Assembly: GCA_965219535.1 (NCBI GenBank)
Contig: CBDCNV010000001.1
Coordinates: 990,001-1,022,000, forward strand
DNA length: 32,000 bases
Direction: 5' to 3'
Source: Opitutales bacterium
GTDB taxonomy: Bacteria; Verrucomicrobiota; Verrucomicrobiia; Opitutales; PNEW01
The notes below the pieces were generated by a model. That model saw only the letters and a list, made by a program, of their open reading frames with translations. It was not told the origin of the DNA and searched no databases. The position numbers and the translations under genes are program-made. Numbering within the stretch: the stretch's first letter is position 1; the number at the start of each line of letters is the position of its first letter. Below, piece after piece: positions 25,314 through 32,000 of the stretch.

Positions 25314-25321
25314 TCATAGGA

Positions 25322-26311
25322 ATGTTAAATGTTCAGAAAAGTGATTTGAAATCTTTCGAGGAACAGGGGTTCATGCTCATCAAAGGTGTATTGGATCCTG
25401 AAGATGATATTAAACCCGTGGAGGAAGAGTACTCAATCTTCCTCAATTCAATTATTGAGAAGCTATATGATGCCGGTGAACTGTCTTCTACCTACAGAGA
25501 GCTGCCTTTTCTTGAGCGATTTAGCAAAGTTCTATTCAAGGGATTGGTTTCTATCCGTCAGTTAGACATCACGCTTCCGCCGAATTATTCCGAGGACGCA
25601 CCGATATATCTTGGTCCTACCGTTTTTCACCACGTCCTGCGCAATCCACGCATCCTGGAAATTATTGAAATGCTGATCGGTCCGGAGATTTATTGCAACG
25701 CCGTTCAACATACACGCATTAAACCGCGGGAGAAAGATATCCCTGAAGATATGTTATTAAACAATCTGGTTGCCGCCACTAGCTGGCATCAGGACCTCGG
25801 TGTTCTCAATCCCGAAGCTGACGATACAGAAATTATTTCCGTATGGGTGGCAATGACCGATGTGAATGAAAATAATGGCTGCCTCGTAATTATTCCTGGA
25901 AGCCACAGGCAGGAGTTGGTCCAGCATTGTCATAACAGTGGAGCAAACGGATTGATCAGGCCAATCCACATTCCCGATGATAAACTCTCTATCGGTGAGC
26001 CGATGCCTGTAATAATGAAAGCCGGTGACGCTTTATTTTTTCAAAAAACGTTGATGCATTCTTCTCAACCGAATACCAGTGATTCGATACGCTGGAGTTT
26101 TGACTTGCGCTACAATCTGTTGGGAAAACCCAATGGCCGTTCATGGTTGCCCGGATTTGTCGCTCGAAGCGCCGCAAATCCCGACAGTGTATTAACCGAT
26201 GCGGAGGAGTGGGCGCAAAATTGGCGGGATGCACATACCCGGTTATTAAAAAATGGTGATTCAAAGAAACCGCACAATCGTTGGCTTCCCGATGACCCCG
26301 TCTGTGCGTGA
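25322..26311 (+). CDS. Phytanoyl-CoA dioxygenase (PhyH)-family Fe(II)/2OG oxygenase, paralogue 3
   Basis: 329 aa with the N-terminal F.EQGF..IKGVL pattern, SWHQDLG (H-x-D), IIPGSH, and the distal LMHSSQPNTS histidine motif. Confidence 0.8.
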   Translation: MLNVQKSDLKSFEEQGFMLIKGVLDPEDDIKPVEEEYSIFLNSIIEKLYDAGELSSTYRELPFLERFSKVLFKGLVSIRQLDITLPPNYSEDAPIYLGPTVFHHVLRNPRILEIIEMLIGPEIYCNAVQHTRIKPREKDIPEDMLLNNLVAATSWHQDLGVLNPEADDTEIISVWVAMTDVNENNGCLVIIPGSHRQELVQHCHNSGANGLIRPIHIPDDKLSIGEPMPVIMKAGDALFFQKTLMHSSQPNTSDSIRWSFDLRYNLLGKPNGRSWLPGFVARSAANPDSVLTDAEEWAQNWRDAHTRLLKNGDSKKPHNRWLPDDPVCA

Positions 26312-26315
26312 ATCA

Positions 26316-26506
26316 GCGGCAATGAGTGTAACCGAATATGCGTGGATGAGATAAAGCGGTAATGCGGATTGATTCAGGATATGGAGGATGTCGTGCTTTG
26401 CCCTCGGGCCGATTGATTCTAACAGATACAACTATATTTCATTCAACCTCCTAACAATACCATCTTACTTAAAACTTTCTCCAACTTTTGACTTTTGAAC
26501 TTGAAA
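26316..26506. repeat. 8-nt-phased GCG/GAG word array (G-rich arm), then C-rich/G-poor arm ending in CTTTTGA x2
   Basis: Triplets GCG/GAG/CCG/GCG/GAG/GCG/GCG sit at 26316, 26324, 26332, 26340, 26348, 26356 and 26364, a constant 8-nt phase. CTTTTGA x2 at 26485-26498 is the reverse complement of the TCAAAAG word in the 20149 array. Hand counts: left arm 26312-26390 has 27 G / 9 C; right arm 26411-26513 has 6 G / 24 C. Confidence 0.65.
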
Positions 26507-26513
26507 TACACTT

Positions 26514-28073
26514 TCAATTCAGGATGTAGGCTTGTGCCACATTGAGATAGTTCTCCACTGTTTTCTTTTCCCAGGTTTTATCACGTTTAAGCTCGCGAGC
26601 CATTAGACTGGCGACCATGGGGGCTATTTCCATGCTTGCCTTGGCTCCGAGGAGAAGGGATCGAGTTCGACGCGCCAACACATCCTCAACTGTCCTGGCC
26701 ATTTCATAACGCGTTGCCCAGACAACTTCTACTTTTAGGTAGGGTAGATCCGGACACAAGCGTTGATTAAGATCAATATTCTTAGCCGTCAGATCCTTAA
26801 TCGCCATCGCATCCGCGCCGTAAACTTCCAATGATTTATCTTTTATATTTTGTTTAGTCCATCCGTGTATTTGCAAATGTTCAGTCTGGCATGGGCGGCT
26901 ATTCATCCCGGCCACGATCTCTGCTTGATCGATTGTGTCTTGAGCCATTTTCCTGTATGTCGTCCATTTACCTCCGGTTATGGTCAGGAGACCAGAATTT
27001 GAAACTATAATTGTATGATCACGTGACAGGGTAGCTGTATCATTTAAGTCAGCCGTTTTTACAAGGGGACGCAGACCGGCAAAAACACTTAAAACATCAC
27101 TTCGAGCAGGATCTTTATTCAAGTATTTGGCTGCATTTTTTAAAATAAAGTCAACTTCCTCATCTAATGGTTGTGGTTCGAGTGAAATCTTATCAATGGG
27201 GGTATCAGTCGTCCCGACGATAACGTGATCGTGCCAAGGAACGGCAAAGAGAACTCGACCATCAGTGGTTTGCGGAACCATAATCGCACTATTCCCCGGA
27301 AGAAATGATTTTGGGAGGATAAGATGTACTCCCTGACTAGTGACAATTATTGAATCCGCTTTTGGATCATCCATTTTTCTCACTCCATCCGAGAACACAC
27401 CGGTCGCGTTAATAACACATTTAGCTCTTATTTCGTAGGTTAATTCTGATTCTTCGTCTCTGACTACAGCCCCGTTTATAAATTCATTTTCCTTGATCAA
27501 AGAAATTACCTTCATGTAATTGATCGCAAAACCGCCAAGATCAAATACCGTCTGCGCCAGGTTTATCGCGAGGCGAGAGTCATCAAATTGCCCATCATAA
27601 TAAATTACCCCGCCTTTCAGCCCTTTTTCCTCAAGGGTGGGTATTCTCGTCATGGTCTCTTCTTTTGAAAGTAGTTTCGATGGGCGAAGACCAAGCTTTC
27701 CAGCCATACTGTCATAAACCTTCATCCCAATCCCATAAAACGGTCCTTCCCACCAATTATATATGGGAACGATAAATGGTTGATTGCGGACAAGATGAGG
27801 TGCATTTTCGCGAAGCAATCCTCGCTCTTTCAATGCTTCAAGAACGAGAGTAATATTTCCCTGCTTAAGGTAGCGCACACCTCCATGAATCAATTTGGTG
27901 CTGCGGCTGGATGTGCCTTTGGAAAAATCATGCTGTTCAAGAAGAATGACTCTGTAGCCACGGGCGGCTGCATCAACAGCGACACCCAATCCCGTTGCTC
28001 CTCCTCCGATAATGAGAAAATCCCACGGATCAGAAGCTCTTTTCAGTTCTTTAACAACTTTCTCCCGATCCAT
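26514..28073 (-). CDS. glpD: FAD-dependent glycerol-3-phosphate dehydrogenase
   Basis: N-terminal DFLIIGGGATGLGVAVDAAARGYRVILLEQHDFSKGTSSRSTKLIHGGVRYL closely follows the GlpD dinucleotide-binding region. The 519-aa length fits. Confidence 0.88.
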   Translation of the reverse strand: MDREKVVKELKRASDPWDFLIIGGGATGLGVAVDAAARGYRVILLEQHDFSKGTSSRSTKLIHGGVRYLKQGNITLVLEALKERGLLRENAPHLVRNQPFIVPIYNWWEGPFYGIGMKVYDSMAGKLGLRPSKLLSKEETMTRIPTLEEKGLKGGVIYYDGQFDDSRLAINLAQTVFDLGGFAINYMKVISLIKENEFINGAVVRDEESELTYEIRAKCVINATGVFSDGVRKMDDPKADSIIVTSQGVHLILPKSFLPGNSAIMVPQTTDGRVLFAVPWHDHVIVGTTDTPIDKISLEPQPLDEEVDFILKNAAKYLNKDPARSDVLSVFAGLRPLVKTADLNDTATLSRDHTIIVSNSGLLTITGGKWTTYRKMAQDTIDQAEIVAGMNSRPCQTEHLQIHGWTKQNIKDKSLEVYGADAMAIKDLTAKNIDLNQRLCPDLPYLKVEVVWATRYEMARTVEDVLARRTRSLLLGAKASMEIAPMVASLMARELKRDKTWEKKTVENYLNVAQAYILN

Positions 28074-28115
28074 AAATTAATTCATACCTGCATTAATAAT
28101 CCTCTTATTAGCTTC

Positions 28116-30050
28116 TTAGAGAACAATGCCATCTTCAAGCCAGGTGTATCGATCTTTTAGTATATCCTGGGCGAGATTATAGCCTAGATGGTCGTTGTGA
28201 TTCTTGAGATCATTAAATTGCCGTTTTATTTTAAGTTGTGAATCCTTCACAATAAACGTCACAAGCTTATTCAATTCCTCTTGTTCAGCTTGATTAGTTG
28301 TTTTTTTCAACAGCGTGTCGGCACGGAGAGAGGCAGCGGATATCACAAATAGCTCGGTGCCTATATTGACTATTCTTCCGAGCAGTGGTTGTTTCTTTTC
28401 CAATTTAGGTCCATGACGTACCATGGCGTGAAAGAGAGTGCGGGCCAATTTACGGCTTGTTGCTGATACATACTTTAATCCGGGACGAAGGGAGGGTTCT
28501 AAATCCTTAAGGCGTACATTATTTATTGGTATCCAGAGGCGCGGATACCACGTCGCGTAAAAAATGCCTGCTTTAAAGGCGTCTTTAAGTCTTCGCACAA
28601 GTGAAAACTTTGAATTAAGCACGCCACCGGCAACATTTAAATGAGGGTCGAGAGCTTCTCGAGCGATGAAGAGACGCATGATTTCACTTGAGCCCTCGAA
28701 AATTAAGTTGATGCGACTGTCACGCATCAGTCGTTCCACGGGAATCGGATTATCGCCCCGAGCCTTGAGTGAAGCGGCAGTTTCATAACCACGGCCACCG
28801 CGAATTTGCATCGTCTCGTCAACAATCCGCCACCCGGTTTCTGTCCCCCACATTTTACACATCGAAGATTCAATACGAATGTCATCTTTTTTTCGATCGA
28901 CGAGCGCGGAGGTCAATAAAACTATAGATTCCATGGTGAAGATGTCGGCGGCCATGCGGGAAATTTTTTCTGCGATCGCTGCGTGCTTGCCAATCGGAGC
29001 ACCCCACTGAACGCGCTCAGAGGCCCATTGCCTGTTAATATTGAGGCAACGCTTGGCTAGACCGATGCAGGCTGCGGGAAGTGTAATTCTTCCTGTATTG
29101 AGAGTCGTGAGCGCAACTTTAAGGCCCTTTCCCTCAGCGAGAATAATATTTTCACGCGGCACCTTGACGTTATTAAATTTAATGACGCCATTGTATAGAG
29201 CTTTAAGCCCCATGAAATGACAACGGTGTTTAACCTCCACTCCAGGGGTGTCCATATCTACGATGAAGGCCGTAATTTGATTTCTCTTTTTTCCTCTGAT
29301 AATTTTATCGGGTGTTCGCGCCATGACAACAATTACACTAGCGCGCGTACCATTTGTACACCAAAGTTTCTCTCCATTTATAATATAAGATTGCCCATCT
29401 TCAGAAAGATCAGCGGTAGTTTTCATTTTGGCAGGGTCAGAGCCGACTTCATGCTCGGTCAAAGCAAACGCAGATACTTCTCCTCTTGAAAATCGTGGGA
29501 GATATTTACTTTTCTGTTCATCGGTGCCGAATACTATTAACGGTTGTGGAACACCGATAGACTGGTGTGCGGAAAGCAGTGCTGTCAGGTTGCCACAATA
29601 GCTACCGAGCAAGATGGCAGCCCGTGAGTAGTTCACCTGTGATAGGCCAAGTCCGCTATAGGCTTTAGGAATTTTAATACCAAAGGCCCCAATTTCGGCC
29701 AACTGATCGAAAACCAATTCGGGTATTTCCCCTTCTTCATCAATCGCGTCAGGATCGACGCGGCTGCGGAGTAGGTTTTCGAGATTTGAAAGAAAAGATG
29801 CACCTGAAGCAATGTCCTGTTTCGATTGTTCAGGAAAAGGGTAGATATTATTGAGCGAAAATTTTCCCATGAAAATATCACCGGCAAAACTTTTATTTTT
29901 ACTTGTGCTCTCTCTCGCCGCTTCAGTTAGTTCCAATGCCTCTCTCTGCCCTTTAGACATTTTGGAAGTATCAATCACCGATTCCGGTTCATTCGTAACC
30001 GGTGTGTGTGTCTGTTTTTTCGGGGGTTCTAAAACGGGTGCAGTTTTCAT
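28116..30050 (-). CDS. Acyl-CoA dehydrogenase, long (VLCAD/ACAD9-like) form with C-terminal extension
   Basis: The ACAD core shows (AFALTE..GSD, W.TNG, IFEGSSEIMR-type motifs) plus a ~180-aa C-terminal extension. The start overlaps the upstream fadJ/B stop (ATGA at 30047-30050). Confidence 0.85.
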   Translation of the reverse strand: MKTAPVLEPPKKQTHTPVTNEPESVIDTSKMSKGQREALELTEAARESTSKNKSFAGDIFMGKFSLNNIYPFPEQSKQDIASGASFLSNLENLLRSRVDPDAIDEEGEIPELVFDQLAEIGAFGIKIPKAYSGLGLSQVNYSRAAILLGSYCGNLTALLSAHQSIGVPQPLIVFGTDEQKSKYLPRFSRGEVSAFALTEHEVGSDPAKMKTTADLSEDGQSYIINGEKLWCTNGTRASVIVVMARTPDKIIRGKKRNQITAFIVDMDTPGVEVKHRCHFMGLKALYNGVIKFNNVKVPRENIILAEGKGLKVALTTLNTGRITLPAACIGLAKRCLNINRQWASERVQWGAPIGKHAAIAEKISRMAADIFTMESIVLLTSALVDRKKDDIRIESSMCKMWGTETGWRIVDETMQIRGGRGYETAASLKARGDNPIPVERLMRDSRINLIFEGSSEIMRLFIAREALDPHLNVAGGVLNSKFSLVRRLKDAFKAGIFYATWYPRLWIPINNVRLKDLEPSLRPGLKYVSATSRKLARTLFHAMVRHGPKLEKKQPLLGRIVNIGTELFVISAASLRADTLLKKTTNQAEQEELNKLVTFIVKDSQLKIKRQFNDLKNHNDHLGYNLAQDILKDRYTWLEDGIVL

Positions 30051-32000
30051 GATGCTCTCCTGATTGAAGGTGAAAATTGTTTATTTTCCGTGATTTTATC
30101 GCTTATCATTGTTGCTTTATGGGAATAGAATGGTTGATCTTTATTGACCCTATCTTTGAGCAAATCACATGGCTTATAGTGGTCGGAAACAGTCCCTTGC
30201 AGATGCTCCATTTTTTTTGCAACAAGCGGTATAGTAATCGTGTCCGCGTAACGTAATGGGCCACCACGAGCGGGTGCCCATCCTGTTCCCATAATCATTC
30301 CGAAATCTACGTCTTCCGGCGCTTCTACTACATTTTCCTCAAGGCAGCGGGCCGCCTCGTTTATCATGAGGAGCACCATTCGATCCTGAAGCGCTTCGCG
30401 GTCAACCCGCGATGAAGGGGGCGTTTCTTGAAACTTTGCCAGGCCAGGATTCTTCTCATTTGCATGAGAACCTTTATGATAGAGGTAAAATCCCCGGCCA
30501 GTTTTTTTACCGGTCCATTCTAATTGCAACATCTGCTCCAGGATGTCGGTGAGTTGTATAGGGGAGTTGAGGCGTTTATTAAGATCAAGAGCGACATGCT
30601 GAGCCACATCAAGGCCCACTTCATCAATAAGGCGCAAAGGACCCATCGGCATGCCAAATTGAAGCATAGCTTCATCAATTAAACCAACACTATAGCCTTC
30701 CTGAAAGAGCCGAACGGCTTCAAGGAGGTAGGGCATAAGGATGCGATTTACTAAAAACCCCGGACTGTCACTAACAATTACCGGTAGTTTACCAATGCTT
30801 TTAACAAAACTTAATGTTCTAGCGAGCGTTTCATTACTCGTTTTCACGCCCTTAATAATTTCCACCAGTTTCATCCGATGGACCGGATTGAAAAAGTGTA
30901 TACCGATTACATTTTCTGGATGGTTCAAATCGCTGGCAATTTCAGAAATGGAAAGGGCTGAGGTATTGGTGGCGAGAATTGTATTTGGACTAGCTTGTTC
31001 TTCCAACTGTTGAAAAATTATCTTTTTCAAGTCCATTTTTTCAACCACCGCTTCAATTACCATATCGGTATTATGAAGAGGAACATCAACTGAAACCGGT
31101 CGAATTCTATCCATCCCTTTTTGCGCTTCGACCGCAGTAAAAACTTTTCGCTTGATTCCATTTTTATAGAGGCGTTGTGCCAGCTTCATTCCATGACCTA
31201 ATTGCTCTTTGCTGATGTCTTTAAGAAGGACCGGTATGTTGCGAGCGCTCATCCATTGGGCGATTCCAGAACCCATCACTCCTGCACCGACAACCGCGGC
31301 CGTGGATGTTATTCGGAGAGAATCTTTAGACGAGTTTTTACCCGACACATCAACTTTAAGCTTTTTAGCTCGTTCCTGGAGAAAGAAGATATTGACGAGA
31401 TTGCGAGAAGCTTCTGTTTTCGCCAGCTCAAGCAGGGCTTGTTTCTCACGCTTTAATGATTTCTCAACTGTCCCTCTCATGCTTTGCTTGATAACCTTGA
31501 GTGCTTTTAGCGGAGCGGGGTAGTTCCCTTTTGTTTTTTTGATAATGTCTTTTCTAACTTTTCCGGCGATGAGGGTCGCTACGGGAAAAGTATTAACAAA
31601 GAAAAAAGGATAATTCGTACGCTTAGAGACCATAGCTTTCACACTTGCTATCTTAATAATATATTCCGGGTAAGCCACGGTATCGACGATCCCGAGTTTT
31701 AAAGCATGTTTAGCCGCATAGATCTTGCCGCTCAAAATGACATTAAGTGCCTTAATAAAGCCAATGAGTCGGGGCAGGCGAGTTGATCCTCCCCATGCTG
31801 GAAGGATTCCGAGTTGGACCTCGGGCAGACCGATTTTTGTGACTTTATCAGAGGATGCGATTCGATAATCACAGGCTAGCGCTAGCTCCAGCCCACCACC
31901 AAGACAAGCTCCATGAATTGTTGCGACAGTTGTCAAGTGGAGTCGGCTTAGCCGAGAGAAAACTTTCTGCCCTAATTCGATCAGGTTCAAAACTGCGTCG
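30047..32000 (-). CDS. Fatty-acid oxidation multifunctional protein (enoyl-CoA hydratase / 3-hydroxyacyl-CoA dehydrogenase, FadJ/FadB-like), 5' end outside window
   Basis: Crotonase segment HGACLGGGLELALACDYRIA, NAD-binding VVGAGVMGSGIAQW, and 3-HCDH C-terminal repeats. The reading frame is open to the window edge, so the N-terminus is missing. Confidence 0.88.
   Translation of the reverse strand, partial: DAVLNLIELGQKVFSRLSRLHLTTVATIHGACLGGGLELALACDYRIASSDKVTKIGLPEVQLGILPAWGGSTRLPRLIGFIKALNVILSGKIYAAKHALKLGIVDTVAYPEYIIKIASVKAMVSKRTNYPFFFVNTFPVATLIAGKVRKDIIKKTKGNYPAPLKALKVIKQSMRGTVEKSLKREKQALLELAKTEASRNLVNIFFLQERAKKLKVDVSGKNSSKDSLRITSTAAVVGAGVMGSGIAQWMSARNIPVLLKDISKEQLGHGMKLAQRLYKNGIKRKVFTAVEAQKGMDRIRPVSVDVPLHNTDMVIEAVVEKMDLKKIIFQQLEEQASPNTILATNTSALSISEIASDLNHPENVIGIHFFNPVHRMKLVEIIKGVKTSNETLARTLSFVKSIGKLPVIVSDSPGFLVNRILMPYLLEAVRLFQEGYSVGLIDEAMLQFGMPMGPLRLIDEVGLDVAQHVALDLNKRLNSPIQLTDILEQMLQLEWTGKKTGRGFYLYHKGSHANEKNPGLAKFQETPPSSRVDREALQDRMVLLMINEAARCLEENVVEAPEDVDFGMIMGTGWAPARGGPLRYADTITIPLVAKKMEHLQGTVSDHYKPCDLLKDRVNKDQPFYSHKATMISDKITENKQFSPSIRRAS

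Noticed and set aside
13482-26513. Genomic island integrated at tRNA-Ser: an accessory-looking 13-kb segment with IS elements lies next to the tRNA.
   Set aside because: There is no integrase or recombinase next to the tRNA, and I found no direct repeat of the tRNA 3' end elsewhere in the window. Base composition was not computed. The idea remains untested rather than supported.

Overview
Bacterial chromosomal window with Gram-negative-type envelope genes. SD-poor, A/T-rich start contexts and the abundance of PhyH/BNR-type genes would fit a marine PVC- or Bacteroidota-like organism, but the taxon cannot be established from this sequence alone. Layout: (i) 0.1-13.6 kb is housekeeping and envelope: cell-wall amidase, uppP, a BNR/Asp-box propeller protein, trpD-glmM (ATGA-coupled), a TPR protein, an orphan two-domain ABC permease, a small lipoprotein, mlaE-F-D-C and tRNA-Ser(CGA). 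(ii) 13.7-26.3 kb looks looser and more accessory: a REC-only response regulator, an AstE/AspA-type Zn deacylase, one TauD-type and three mutually divergent PhyH-type Fe(II)/2-oxoglutarate oxygenases, an MlrC/M81 metallopeptidase and a long AMP-forming ligase. This segment is interrupted by a 5'-truncated IS1595-family (IS1016-like) element abutting an IS3-family element whose two ORFs each carry an in-frame TGA, followed by a 5'-truncated TPR gene. (iii) 26.5-32 kb is a minus-strand fadJ/B - acyl-CoA dehydrogenase - glpD operon running off the window. I found no CRISPR array, reverse transcriptase, toxin-antitoxin pair or recognisable defence cassette. The most unusual signal is non-coding. 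Most of the longer intergenic regions that contain a gene 3' end carry a ~100-200 nt element, and none of the five divergent-promoter regions does. Each element is built from phase-locked degenerate 7-9 nt (once 14 nt) tandem words: a G-rich/C-poor arm followed by a C-rich/G-poor arm that uses reverse-complement words. I cannot assign these to a named repeat family. The second candidate is the oxygenase/hydrolase/ligase gene set, whose substrate cannot be inferred. All functional calls rest on motif recognition by eye; no searches were run.
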